A DNA stretch of 56,428 bases from Clostridia bacterium (GTDB taxonomy: Bacteria; Bacillota; Clostridia; Oscillospirales; CAG-272). A program made the position numbers and the translations under genes. Below the pieces are notes generated by a model, which saw only the letters and a program-made list of their open reading frames with translations, searched no databases and was not told the origin of the DNA. Where the stretch lies: the NCBI GenBank assembly GCA_017415325.1, contig JAFQGY010000246.1, forward strand, positions 1 to 56,428. The letters are read 5' to 3'. Of the stretch, positions 35,429-45,472 are shown in pieces (the first letter of the stretch is position 1; each line of letters opens with the position of its first letter).

Positions 35429-36673
35429 TTACTTATACAGGGGGTACTTTCTGCAGATCGCCTGCACCTGTTCCTTCACTGCGTCGGCATTGCTTTCAAA
35501 GTCTCTTGCCACATCGCCGATCAGGTGTGCCAGCAGGGTCATGTCTTCTTCCACCAGTCCTCTGGAGGTTACGGCAGGTGTACCGATACGGACGCCGCTG
35601 GTGATGAAGGGAGACTGGGGGTCGTTGGGAATGGCGTTCTTGTTGACTGTGATGTGCACTGCATCCAGACGGTGTTCAAATTCCTTACCGGTCAGGTTGA
35701 AGGGACGCAGGTCGCACAGCATCAGATGGTTGTCCGTGCCGCCGGATACCAGCTTGAAACCTTCTGCCAGCAGTCCGTCTGCCAGAGCCTTTGCATTGGC
35801 TATAATCTGCTTCTGGTATGCGGTGAATTCCGGACGGAGCGCTTCGCCGAAGGAAACTGCCTTGGCTGCGATAACATGTTCCAGAGGACCGCCCTGGGTA
35901 CCCGGGAAGATTGCCTTGTCAATGGCCTTTGCCAGTTCTGCTCTGCACAGGATCATACCGCCTCTGGGACCGCGGAGGGTCTTGTGGGTGGTGGTGGTAA
36001 CGATGTCCGCATAGGGAACCGGAGAAGGATGCACACCGGCGGCAACCAGCCCTGCGATATGGGCCATGTCCACCATGAAGTATGCGCCGACTTCCTTTGC
36101 TACTTTTGCGATCCGTTCAAAGTCGATCACACGGGGGTATGCGGAGGCACCGGCTACAATCAGCTTGGGCTTATGCTCTCTTGCCAGCGTTTCCAGAGTA
36201 TCATAATCCAGAATGCCTTCGTCGGTCACACCGTAAGGTACAAAGTTATAGTAATTCCCGGAGATGTTTACAGGGCTGCCGTGGGTCAGGTGTCCGCCGC
36301 AGGCAAGGTCCATGCCCATTACGGTATCGCCCGGCTTCAGCAGAGCGAAATATACGGCAGTATTGGCCTGTGCACCGCTGTGAGGCTGTACATTGGCATG
36401 TTCTGCACCGAACAGCTGCTTGGCTCTTTCGATGGCGATGGTTTCTGCCTTGTCCACCACATAGCATCCGCCGTAATACCGCTTTCCCGGATATCCTTCC
36501 GCATACTTGTTGGTAAGAACACTTCCCATGGCCAGAAGAACTGCTTCCGATACCACGTTTTCCGATGCAATCAGTTCCAGACCATCCCGCTGTCTTTCCA
36601 GTTCCTCAGCAACCACTGCGCCGATTTCCGGATCGAAGCCGGACAGTCTTTCAATAGATTCGTTGATACTCAT
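35429..36673 (-). CDS. glyA: serine hydroxymethyltransferase
   Basis: [25 protein letters not shown] and [14 protein letters not shown] (PLP lysine) motifs. GGAGGA RBS. Start set at MSINE (36673). Confidence 0.95.
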   Translation of the reverse strand: MSINESIERLSGFDPEIGAVVAEELERQRDGLELIASENVVSEAVLLAMGSVLTNKYAEGYPGKRYYGGCYVVDKAETIAIERAKQLFGAEHANVQPHSGAQANTAVYFALLKPGDTVMGMDLACGGHLTHGSPVNISGNYYNFVPYGVTDEGILDYDTLETLAREHKPKLIVAGASAYPRVIDFERIAKVAKEVGAYFMVDMAHIAGLVAAGVHPSPVPYADIVTTTTHKTLRGPRGGMILCRAELAKAIDKAIFPGTQGGPLEHVIAAKAVSFGEALRPEFTAYQKQIIANAKALADGLLAEGFKLVSGGTDNHLMLCDLRPFNLTGKEFEHRLDAVHITVNKNAIPNDPQSPFITSGVRIGTPAVTSRGLVEEDMTLLAHLIGDVARDFESNADAVKEQVQAICRKYPLYK

Positions 36674-36764
36674 ATTCTTCCTCCGCAACTGCAATTCTAT
36701 ACTCAGAAACCCTGCAGTCCACTTCGTTTCTGTGGAGATACTGCAAAACATTTCCCATGATACT

Positions 36765-36793
36765 ATTATAACAGGAACGGACGCAAATTGCAA
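36765..36793 (-). promoter_or_regulatory. sigma-A promoter for glyA
   Basis: Minus strand reads TTGCAA (36788-36793) - 17 nt - TATAAT (36765-36770), about 90 nt upstream of the ATG. Confidence 0.55.
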
Positions 36794-36939
36794 CAGTGGA
36801 GAACATTTTTTTACATATTAATTTGATTACGGTTATCTCTGTAATCCGCCGCACGGACCGGATATCTTCCCCTGCCCTATCAAAAATTCTGCATTTTGTA
36901 TTGTTTGCGTAAATAAAAAGAAAAATATTTCTGTAGGTA

Positions 36940-36969
36940 TTGACAAAATGGTGGGATTGGTGGTATAAT
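36940..36969 (+). promoter_or_regulatory. promoter with an extended -10 for the minD-like gene
   Basis: TTGACA (36940-36945) - 18 nt - TATAAT (36964-36969), preceded by TGG (TGn). Confidence 0.6.
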
Positions 36970-36985
36970 TTATACGATCCATAGG

Positions 36986-37046
36986 CTAAAATAACGGTAA
37001 TGTTGCAAGTGCAGTTAGGACACACCTTCCGGCACTGTTATTTTAG
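36986..37046 (+). other. 13-bp stem / 35-nt loop RNA hairpin in the 5' leader of the minD-like gene
   Basis: CUAAAAUAACGGU (36986-36998) pairs fully, with one G-U, to ACUGUUAUUUUAG (37034-37046). No U tract follows. Confidence 0.5.
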
Positions 37047-37083
37047 TTGCAGCGGATAACCAGAGATAGAAAGCGGGTAGTCC

Positions 37084-37875
37084 ATGAATTCCCCTGTACA
37101 TTGTCTGATTGCATCCTCCAAAGGCGGCGTCGGTAAATCCACCACTGCCCTGGGACTGGCCGTAGTCTTTGCCAGAGCCGGCAGACGGGTTCTGCTGGTT
37201 GACTGTGATGTTTCCTCCCGTTCTCTGGAGCTGTTTTCCGGCACGGCAGACAAAGCCCTGTTTCATCTGGGAGATCTGGTTCTACAGCGCTGCAGTCCGG
37301 AGCAGGCATGTATTGTGCCCTTCCCCGAGCTGCCAGGTCTGACCCTCTGTCCTGCACCGTCCCGTCTGGAAGAATCCGATATACTGGAAAAGTTCCCGGG
37401 CGGCTTTCCGGAAGCGATTGCATGCGGGTGCAGAACCCTTGTGTCCAATGCCTATGATGTGATTCTGTGGGATACCGGCAGCGGATACGAAATCCCCCGT
37501 GCACTGGCTTCCCTTGCCCATGTAGCGCTGGTCTGTACCGAACAGTCCCCCGCCTCCATCCGGGCCGCTGCCTATACGGCTTCCCTGCTTTCGGATGTTC
37601 CGAAGGTGCGGCTGGTGATCTGTTCATTCGACATTGATGCTGCACGTCACAGCGAGCGGGCGGGTATGCTGGAGATGATCGACCGGTGCAATCTGAAATG
37701 TGCGGCTGTGATTCCGCTGGATCCGAAAATGATGAAGGCACAGGAAAACGGCACCCCTCCCGCAGAGAAACTCCCTGCCATGCGTGCATATGCCAATCTG
37801 GCAAAGCGTCTGGAAGGCTGGGATGTCCCTCTTTTTTCCGGCATCCGGGGCATGAAACGGAAACATGCACTGTAG
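37084..37875 (+). CDS. MinD/ParA-family P-loop ATPase (stand-alone; no minC/minE adjacent)
   Basis: Deviant Walker A motif SSKGGVGKST and Walker B ILWDTGSG. TAG stop at 37873-37875. Confidence 0.8.
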   Translation: MNSPVHCLIASSKGGVGKSTTALGLAVVFARAGRRVLLVDCDVSSRSLELFSGTADKALFHLGDLVLQRCSPEQACIVPFPELPGLTLCPAPSRLEESDILEKFPGGFPEAIACGCRTLVSNAYDVILWDTGSGYEIPRALASLAHVALVCTEQSPASIRAAAYTASLLSDVPKVRLVICSFDIDAARHSERAGMLEMIDRCNLKCAAVIPLDPKMMKAQENGTPPAEKLPAMRAYANLAKRLEGWDVPLFSGIRGMKRKHAL

Positions 37876-37944
37876 TTCCGGAACCAACATTTGTCAGCAA
37901 CATATCATATATATACAGAAACAGGAAAGGAACGGTTTTCATTT

Positions 37945-38382
37945 ATGGATATTGCACTGATCGCCGATGACACCAAAAAAGAATTGATGACCCAATTCTG
38001 CATTGCTTACTGCGGTATTTTATCCAAGCATAATATTTGTGCCACCAGCACCACCGGCAAGTATGTGCAGGAAGCTACAGGTCTGGAGATCGAAAAGCTG
38101 CTGCCCGGATACAATGGCGGTGAACAGCAGATTACTTCCCGGATTTCCTATAATGAAATCGATGTCCTGCTGTATTTCAGAAGTACAAGCCCCAATCACG
38201 AAGACGATGAAAGCGAACACAATCTTCTCCGGATGTGCGATGTACACAACGTTCCCGTTGCCACAAACATTGCCACGGCGGAAGTACTCATCTGCGCCCT
38301 GGATCATGGAGATCTGGACTGGCGCGAAATCGTCAACCCCAAATCCGACTATAACCGTCGCCGCAGAGGGCTGTCCTACTAA
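37945..38382 (+). CDS. methylglyoxal synthase-like (MGS fold) protein with substituted catalytic positions
   Basis: IALIADDTKK..ATSTTG..GGEQQ..VPVATN aligns with MgsA (IALVAHDHCK..ATGTTG..GGDQQ..IPVATN). Start set at MDIAL (37945). Confidence 0.75.
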   Translation: MDIALIADDTKKELMTQFCIAYCGILSKHNICATSTTGKYVQEATGLEIEKLLPGYNGGEQQITSRISYNEIDVLLYFRSTSPNHEDDESEHNLLRMCDVHNVPVATNIATAEVLICALDHGDLDWREIVNPKSDYNRRRRGLSY

Positions 38383-38525
38383 ATAGCGCCGCTGTCTGAC
38401 CCACGAACCATATCTGCGCAGACAGCGGAATACGGCTATCCGTCCGTCATGGTGGAGGCCGTTTTTCGTTTTGTACGGGGAATCCTGTACAGAATCCAAA
38501 TCCCATCGGAGAATAACAGAACCAA

Positions 38526-39308
38526 ATGATCAAAATACTGTGTCTGGGTGACGTGGTGAGCCGCTGCGGAGTGGAAGCTCTGGAAGACGGCGGCATGCGG
38601 AAGCTCAGGGAAAAATATGCGCCGGATCTTGTGGTGGTCAACGGCGAAAATGCAGCGGAAGGCAACGGACTGACCGTGGATGCTGCCGAACGGCTGTATG
38701 ACTGCGGTGCGGATGTAATCACCGGCGGAAACCACACCTGGCGGCGCAGAGAGCTGTACCGGATGCTGGACGACGGGGAGTACCTGATCCGTCCGGCAAA
38801 CTACCCTTCCGAAGCCCCCGGCATGGGATATGTGCTGGTTGAGGTGCAGGGGTATACGGTACTGGTAGCCAATCTGGCCGGATGCGCCCTGATGGAGCCG
38901 CTGGCCTCCCCCTTTGAGACCCTGGATCGGATCCTGAACCGGGAAGATGGCCGGTATGACATAGCCGTATGTGACGTGCACGCGGAAACCACAAGCGAAA
39001 AACTGGCGCTGGCACGGTACTTTGACGGAAAACTGTCGGCACTGTGGGGCACCCATACCCATGTGGCCACCGCTGACCTGCAGATCCTGCCCGGCGGCAC
39101 GGGATACATCACGGATCTGGGCATGTGCGGTTCCCACGGCGGGATCCTGGGGGTAAAAACTGAATCCATTCTGCACAAGTATCTGGTAAAGACCCCTGTA
39201 CAGTTTGAGCCGGCCGAAGGAGATGTGCAGATCCACGGCGCCGTGTTTACAATTGATCCGTCCACCAAAAAATGTACCAGAACGGAACAGATCTCACTGA
39301 AGCTCTGA
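38526..39308 (+). CDS. ymdB: YmdB-family metallophosphoesterase (2',3'-cyclic-nucleotide 2'-phosphodiesterase)
   Basis: ILCLGDVV, VNGENAAEG.G, GGNHTW and DVHAETTSEK motifs are typical of TIGR00282/YmdB. Confidence 0.85.
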   Translation: MIKILCLGDVVSRCGVEALEDGGMRKLREKYAPDLVVVNGENAAEGNGLTVDAAERLYDCGADVITGGNHTWRRRELYRMLDDGEYLIRPANYPSEAPGMGYVLVEVQGYTVLVANLAGCALMEPLASPFETLDRILNREDGRYDIAVCDVHAETTSEKLALARYFDGKLSALWGTHTHVATADLQILPGGTGYITDLGMCGSHGGILGVKTESILHKYLVKTPVQFEPAEGDVQIHGAVFTIDPSTKKCTRTEQISLKL

Positions 39309-39344
39309 TCCATCAATCCTATATCAAAACAGGAGAGTATCATT

Positions 39345-41192
39345 ATGTACGCTGAAAAAATTGCGGCTGCCAAGGCCCATTACGGAAACACCGACAAATA
39401 TTTCGCACTGCCTGCCGGTTCTTTTGCCTTTCAGAATGACTGGCTGGAAGGGGAACTGAGACTTCTGACGGAAGCCCAGCTGAAGGATACCGGCGTATGG
39501 AAGCTGTTCGTGGATCTGTTCCGGAATCCCGGTGTGGACGATGCCGACAACGGCTGGAGATGCGAATACTGGGGCAAGATGATGCGGGGCGCCTGCTTCA
39601 CCTATCAGGTAACCGGCGACGAAGAGCTGTATGCCGTTCTGCGGGACACTGTAGAAGATATGCTCACCACCCAGGACAGCATGGGCCGGTTCTCTACATA
39701 CACCCCCGAAGCGGAATTCCACGGATGGGATCTGTGGGGCCGGAAATACATTCTGCTGGGGATGGAATATTTCCTGGAAATCTGCAAGGATGAAGACCTG
39801 CAGGACCGGATCGTGACTGCCCTGATGGCACATGCCGACTACATCATTTCCAAGTTCGGGCCGGAAGAAGAAGGCAAACTGAACATCGCCAAGGCCACTT
39901 CCCACTGGGACGGGCTCAACTCCTGCTCCATTATGGAACCCTACATGTTCTTATACAACATCACAGGGCAGCAGCGGTATCTGGACTTTGCCGAATACAT
40001 CCTTTCCTTCGGCGGCACCGCTACCGTAAACCTCTTTGAAAAGGCGTATGAAGACGACACCCCTGTATACAATTATCATGTCCGCAAGGCATACGAAATG
40101 ATCTCCTGCTTTGAAGGGCTGGCAGAATACAACAAAGTCAAGCCCAGCGAAAAGCATACCCAGGCACTGATCCGCTTCACCGACCGGGTCATGGCGGAAG
40201 AACAGGCCATCATCGGCTGTCTGGGCTGCGAACACGAAATCTTCAACCATGCCGCACTGGTGCAGTGTGACGAAAGCCTCCGGGGCATCATGCTGGAAAC
40301 CTGCGTCACCGTGACCTGGATGAAGTTCCTGTGGCAGATTTTCCGGCTTACCGGGGACGCCAAGTACATGGATGCCTTTGAAATTGCCGCTTACAACGCC
40401 ATGTCCGCCGCTCTGAAACGGGAAATCCATCCGGAAGACAACGGCGGTATTCCGCTGCCCATCCACAGCTACAATCCAATGATCTGGAACCACCGTTTCC
40501 CCAAGAACATCGGCGGCTACAAGACCATAAGTGACAAGAGCCACTACGGCTGCTGCGTATGTATTGCCACAGCCGGATACGCTCTGGAAGGCATTTCCGC
40601 CGTCTGCGTGGACAAGGACGACAATATCGCCATCAATATGTACCGGAACGGTACCGTCAGAACTCCCAAGTGTACCCTGACCGCCGAAACAACCTATCCC
40701 ACCAAGGGGGCTGTACGGTATACCCTGACCAACACTGCCGGAAAGTTTGCCGTTTCCCTGCGGATTCCCGCCTGGTCCGTCCACACCTCCCTGTACGTGA
40801 ACAATGAAATCGTGGACGCCGAAGCCGGCACCTATGTGACCATCGACCGGGAATGGAAGGACGGGGACACCATCACCCTGAGTCTGGAAATGACCCTGCG
40901 CATGATCCATCCCCAGGATTTCGTGAAGGAAAGCGAAGTCACCAACCGGATCGCCATTATGAGAGGCCCTGTGGTATTTGCCATTGACGGCACCGGTGAC
41001 GAAGAACCCACCTTTGCCCCTGTGGAACTGCGGGAACTGATGGCAAGCGGTCTGTCCTCCACCGCCCCCGTTCCCTGCCACCTGACCATTGACGTTCCGC
41101 ATGTAGACGGCCGGATCGCCGAACTGGTGGACTACAGCTCCGCCGCACAGCTGGCCGGACACAAGCTCTCCTGCTGGATGAAGATCGACTGA
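39345..41192 (+). CDS. glycoside hydrolase family 127 (DUF1680, beta-L-arabinofuranosidase type)
   Basis: ETCVTVTW (Glu/Cys) and YGCCVC (Cys-Cys) match the Zn/cysteine catalytic site pattern of GH127. Confidence 0.8.
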   Translation: MYAEKIAAAKAHYGNTDKYFALPAGSFAFQNDWLEGELRLLTEAQLKDTGVWKLFVDLFRNPGVDDADNGWRCEYWGKMMRGACFTYQVTGDEELYAVLRDTVEDMLTTQDSMGRFSTYTPEAEFHGWDLWGRKYILLGMEYFLEICKDEDLQDRIVTALMAHADYIISKFGPEEEGKLNIAKATSHWDGLNSCSIMEPYMFLYNITGQQRYLDFAEYILSFGGTATVNLFEKAYEDDTPVYNYHVRKAYEMISCFEGLAEYNKVKPSEKHTQALIRFTDRVMAEEQAIIGCLGCEHEIFNHAALVQCDESLRGIMLETCVTVTWMKFLWQIFRLTGDAKYMDAFEIAAYNAMSAALKREIHPEDNGGIPLPIHSYNPMIWNHRFPKNIGGYKTISDKSHYGCCVCIATAGYALEGISAVCVDKDDNIAINMYRNGTVRTPKCTLTAETTYPTKGAVRYTLTNTAGKFAVSLRIPAWSVHTSLYVNNEIVDAEAGTYVTIDREWKDGDTITLSLEMTLRMIHPQDFVKESEVTNRIAIMRGPVVFAIDGTGDEEPTFAPVELRELMASGLSSTAPVPCHLTIDVPHVDGRIAELVDYSSAAQLAGHKLSCWMKID

Positions 41193-41207
41193 ACCAAAAC
41201 CAAATAA

Positions 41208-41250
41208 ACAAGTCCGGGAACTCCTGTATGGGAAAACCCGGACTTTTTGT
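41208..41250. terminator. bidirectional terminator between convergent genes
   Basis: ACAAGTCCGGG (41208-41218) pairs with CCCGGACTT (41237-41245), followed by TTTTGT. Confidence 0.65.
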
Positions 41251-42515
41251 TATGCAGTTTTGTTCTGTACGGCTGTTTTCCGGAAATAGACAATGATCCC
41301 CAGCAGCAGAAGCGCACCGAGTATGGGGAAGACGGAGGTCACAAGCATCCCTGCCTTCAGCCCGATCTGTTCTGTGGTAAGCTGCAGGACGGTGCTCATT
41401 TCCGCTGCCCACGCACTGGCGGACACATGGTCTACTACGATCCCCATCAGCTGGGGCGCAATGGAGGCACCCAGGTCTCCGCCCGCCGCCATCATAGCAT
41501 AGGCCGTCACCCCGATCCCGGGGATTTTTTCTTCCATCATGATCAGTGTCCCCGGCCAGAGCATGGCAGTGAACAGCCCCGTCAGGATGCAGGCCGCAAA
41601 CGCCGGAATCACACCGGAGGACAGACTCACAATCAGATAGCAGACCGCCGCACCGATCATCCCTGTCAGCAGAACCCGGCAGATGTTCTTCCCGAATCTG
41701 GCATAGGAAATTCTGGCAATGCCCAGCAGAATGGCAAACATGGCCATCCCCAGGATATCCCCCAGCGCCTTGTCGATATGCAGCGCATTTTCCATATAGC
41801 TGGAGATCCAGTTGGACATGGCGTTTTCCGCACAGCTGCCGAAGAAGATACAGCCCACGCACATAGCCAGCCCCAGCGTTCTCCGTTTCGTCCCGGCCGT
41901 ATCCGGTGCACTTTCTTCCATATGCATCTCCGGCATGGGAGACAGCATGAACAGCACCGCTGCAATAACGGGAAGCAGACCCAGGAACATGGTAAGAAAC
42001 ATCCAGTTTTCCGAACCGAACAGCTTCAGGAACAGCGTGCTTACCACCACAATGGTGAACACCCCGAAGGCATACAGGGAATGGAGCATGCTCATGTCTC
42101 TCTGGGGATTATCCGAAGGAATCGCCGCAATGGTGGGACTGAGAAGCACTTCAGACAACCCGGCGGAGACCGAGAAAATGATGGTTCCCAGCAGAAGTCC
42201 GGGGTAGGCAAACTGCGGAAACAGGCTGGGAATCAGGGCATAGATAAACAGGCCTGCAGAGGTGATCAGCGGCATGACCCGCACAATTTTTACCGGGTTG
42301 AATTTCTTTGAGAAAAAGGTAAAAATCAGATCCACCGTCAGCTGGGTACAGAAATTGGTCAGCACCAGTGTGCCCAGCAGGGTGTAGGAAATCCCGTACT
42401 GCTCCCGCAGGGTGATAAACAGCAGCGGCGGCAGACTGAACACCGACGACATGGTGAAATACGCCATATAGCAGGCAAATTTGGTTCGCCTGAATCTGTT
42501 TCTTTCGACTTCCAT
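41250..42515 (-). CDS. MFS transporter
   Basis: 421 aa with about 12 predicted helices and a central cytoplasmic loop. Confidence 0.8.
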   Translation of the reverse strand: MEVERNRFRRTKFACYMAYFTMSSVFSLPPLLFITLREQYGISYTLLGTLVLTNFCTQLTVDLIFTFFSKKFNPVKIVRVMPLITSAGLFIYALIPSLFPQFAYPGLLLGTIIFSVSAGLSEVLLSPTIAAIPSDNPQRDMSMLHSLYAFGVFTIVVVSTLFLKLFGSENWMFLTMFLGLLPVIAAVLFMLSPMPEMHMEESAPDTAGTKRRTLGLAMCVGCIFFGSCAENAMSNWISSYMENALHIDKALGDILGMAMFAILLGIARISYARFGKNICRVLLTGMIGAAVCYLIVSLSSGVIPAFAACILTGLFTAMLWPGTLIMMEEKIPGIGVTAYAMMAAGGDLGASIAPQLMGIVVDHVSASAWAAEMSTVLQLTTEQIGLKAGMLVTSVFPILGALLLLGIIVYFRKTAVQNKTA

Positions 42516-42545
42516 AGATACTCCTTACCGGCAGAATCGTACCGT

Positions 42546-43136
42546 TCAATCTACAGGATGTTCCGCTTCGTATTCCGCTTTCACCGCTTCATAGAACTGC
42601 GCCCGGGCACACTGGACATACGGCCCCACGTACAGACCGGCAATCCCGAAGGTTACGGCACACAGCAGATACCATCCGATGAAGCTCAGATCCAGACAGA
42701 ACAGCCGCCATTTGTTGCCGTCCATCATGGCACGGCTGGTGTCGATCACTTCCAGCGCTTCCATTTCCGGATGATCCCGCAGGATATACATGGACAGTGC
42801 ATAACTGTATCCCTTGATGATACCGGGAATCACGAAGAGCAGTCCCCACAGGAAAGTGAAAATCCCCTGCAGCAGGTACACGGCAATACTGTTCACAAAA
42901 CTCTGCTGCAATCCGGAAAACAGCACTTCCAGTCCGGGCTTCTGCCAGCGTACCTGTCCCAGCCAGAAGGCGGTGTATCCGTACGCAAAGGGACCTCCCA
43001 GCAGAATCAGTCCCACCACCGTAGCGTTCAGCGCCCCGGACAGAAGGCTGTACACCACTGCGCACAGGATCGCCGTGATCCAGCATCCGCCCAGACATTT
43101 TCTCGCCATATTCCGGAAATCTTTTGCATATAACAT
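42546..43136 (-). CDS. DUF975 family membrane protein
   Basis: The N-terminus (AKDFRNMARKCLGGCW) and the helix layout are typical of DUF975. Confidence 0.75.
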   Translation of the reverse strand: MLYAKDFRNMARKCLGGCWITAILCAVVYSLLSGALNATVVGLILLGGPFAYGYTAFWLGQVRWQKPGLEVLFSGLQQSFVNSIAVYLLQGIFTFLWGLLFVIPGIIKGYSYALSMYILRDHPEMEALEVIDTSRAMMDGNKWRLFCLDLSFIGWYLLCAVTFGIAGLYVGPYVQCARAQFYEAVKAEYEAEHPVD

Positions 43137-43304
43137 ATCATTTCCCTCTCTGTTTTTGGAAACTCTGTATCAACAGTATAGCATATCTCCCCCTGTTATG
43201 CAACCCTCTCTGTGAAAAAGTTTCGCTGACAAACCGCTCCTCCGCAGCATACACTGGAAACAGCATCCGCAAATCTGTGTACCGAAAAGGAGCAGCGAAA
43301 ACCC

Positions 43305-43565
43305 ATGAAACAAAAACTGAGCACACTCTCCCCCGGTCAATCCGGAATCCTTGCCCATCTGGAAGACGGCGGGCGGCATCTCTCCGGCAGACTGCGGGAT
43401 CTGGGCTTTACCCCCGGCAGTAAAGTTACCCTTACCGGAATCAGCCCCCTCGGCGACCCTCTTGCCTTCCGGATCCGTGGAACGGTCATTGCCCTGCGGC
43501 GGACGGATGCGGCACTGCTGGAAGTTTTCCCCTGTGAACCGGAGGAAGGGAGGGGACAGAGATGA
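43305..43565 (+). CDS. feoA: ferrous iron transport protein A
   Basis: L..L..G..G.I..L......RL.DLGF.PG..V SH3-like FeoA pattern. AAGGAG RBS. Overlaps the feoB start. Confidence 0.85.
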   Translation: MKQKLSTLSPGQSGILAHLEDGGRHLSGRLRDLGFTPGSKVTLTGISPLGDPLAFRIRGTVIALRRTDAALLEVFPCEPEEGRGQR

Positions 43566-44893
43566 TCCGTGCCGTACTGGCAGGCAACCCCAATGTGGGA
43601 AAAAGCACCGTGTTCAATGCCTTAACAGGGCTCAGACAACATACGGGAAACTGGCCGGGCAAAACGGTGGAAACCAAAACCGGCACATTCCGCCACAACG
43701 GACATACTGTGGAAATCACGGACCTGCCGGGAGCTTATTCCCTGCGTCCCCATTCGCCGGAGGAAGCGGTGGCAGGGGATTTTCTGCGGGAGAACTGTAC
43801 CTGTGAGGAATGTGGCCGACTGGACTGTGTGGTGATTGTTTGTGATGCCGCTGCCCTTTCCCGGAACCTGATTCTGGTGCTGCAGATTCTGGAAATGACC
43901 CCCAGATGTGTGGTTTGCGTCAATCTGATGGACGAGGCAAAAAAGCGCGGAATCGCTGTGGATACGGATGCATTGTCCCGGCTGCTGGGTTGTCCGGTAA
44001 TTCCCTGTGCCGCCCGTCGGAAAGAAGGATTGTCCGCCCTGCAGGATGCCATTGTCCAAACCGGAACAGAAACCGGGAATACAGGCATGCCTGCTTCTGC
44101 ATACGACGATATTCCGGCACGGGCACAGGCCATTGCGGAAGAAACGGTGCACACCTGTCCGGATACCGCCTACCGCCGGGATATGCTGTTTGACCGTATC
44201 TTTCTGGGCAAATGGACAGCGTACCCTATCATGGCTCTGCTGGTACTGGGTATCTTCTGGTTGACCATCCATGGAGCCGGATACCTTTCCGCGGGACTGG
44301 AATGGTGTTTTGACAGAATTCTGCCTTTGTGCCGGGATCTGCTTCTCATCTGCAGACTGCCGGAGGCGGTTGTTTCCTTTCTGGCAGACGGTGTACTTGG
44401 TACCCTGACACAGGTAATCGCCGTAATGCTGCCCCCTATGGCCATATTTTTCCCGTTGTTCACCCTGCTGGAGGATCTGGGGTATCTGCCAAGGACAGCG
44501 TTCTGTCTGGATCGGCTGTTCTGCCGGTGCGGAGCCTGCGGGAAACAGGCACTTACCATGCTGATGGGTCTTGGGTGCAATGCCGCCGGGGTCACCGGAT
44601 GCCGGATCATCGATTCTCCCCGGGAACGGAAGCTGGCCATTCTTACAAACTGTCTGATCCCCTGCAACGGCCGGCTGCCCATGGTGCTCTTTCTCACAGG
44701 TACGCTGACAGTGCTTGCAACCGGTTATGAAGCATCCGGCGGACTGCAGGCAGTTCTGCTGACGGGTACGCTTTTCCTCTGCACAACAGTCACCCTTGCC
44801 CTCTGTCATATCCTCAGCAGCACCCTGCTCCGGGGTACCCCTTCCGCCTTCGCACTGGAACTGCCATCCTACAGAATTCCCCGTGTGGGATAG
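43562..44893 (+). pseudogene. feoB: feoB 5' segment (G domain plus first membrane half), ending at an in-frame TAG (44891-44893)
   Basis: GNPNVGKST G1 motif, DLPG G3 motif and membrane gate region. It ends ..LELPSYRIPRVG*. Confidence 0.85.
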
Positions 44894-45379
44894 GTGATTG
44901 TGCGTTCTGTACTGGACCGGACCCTCCTGGTACTGGGCAGAGCAGCGGCAGTTGCGGCTCCGGCGGGGGGAATTCTGTGGATCCTGTCGGCGGTATCGGT
45001 GGAAGGCGTCACACTGTACGGACATCTGCTGCGGCTGCTGGATCCGTTGGGACAGTTTTTCGGGATGGACGGGGTGATTCTGTCGGCGTTTGTGCTGTCT
45101 CTGCCTGCCGCGGAAATCTTTCTGCCGCTGGTGCTGATGGGGTATGGGATCCATGGGGATACGCTGACAGGTCTGATGGAACAGGGATGGAACGGAACAA
45201 CTGTACTGTGTGTGCTGTGGTTCACCCTGTTTCACTGGCCCTGCTCCACGACCATTCTCACCATACGGAAGGAAACCGGATCATGGCGGTGGACTGCGCT
45301 GGCAGTGGTTCTGCCTACCCTGACAGGACTTGCGGGCTGTGCGCTGCTCCGGTGGGGGGCGGTGGTTCTGGGGCTGTAA
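44894..45379 (+). pseudogene. feoB: feoB 3' segment, same reading frame, directly after the TAG
   Basis: The frame continues as VIVRSVLDRT...LPAAEIFLPLVLMGYG..., the C-terminal nucleoside-recognition/gate part of FeoB. Both parts plus the stop position total 605 residues. Confidence 0.75.
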
Positions 45380-45384
45380 CGGCG

Positions 45385-45437
45385 AAAAAATACCTGATCC
45401 CGGGAACTGAACATTCCATGGGGACCAGGTATTTTTT
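45385..45437. terminator. bidirectional terminator between convergent genes
   Basis: AAAAAATACCTG (45385-45396) pairs with CAGGTATTTTTT (45426-45437). Confidence 0.7.
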
Positions 45438-45472
45438 ACATGAAGAAGTTTTCTTACGGTTTCAGAAACCCT

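Noticed and set aside
43137-43304. I looked for a Fur box or a riboswitch upstream of feoA.
   Set aside because: Nothing resembling GATAATGATAATCATTATC was seen. The only palindrome (CTGT-ATCA-ACAG, at about 43166-43177) is too short to support a call.
33392-44893. The in-frame TAA (ribF) and TAG (feoB) might reflect a reassigned genetic code.
   Set aside because: Both codons also terminate many conserved ORFs at the expected positions: TAA at pdxK 732-734, ybaK 6772-6774 and the GRE activase 12478-12480; TAG at the minD-like gene 37873-37875. Two different stop codons are involved, and TGA is also used as a stop. Local lesions or sequencing errors are more likely.
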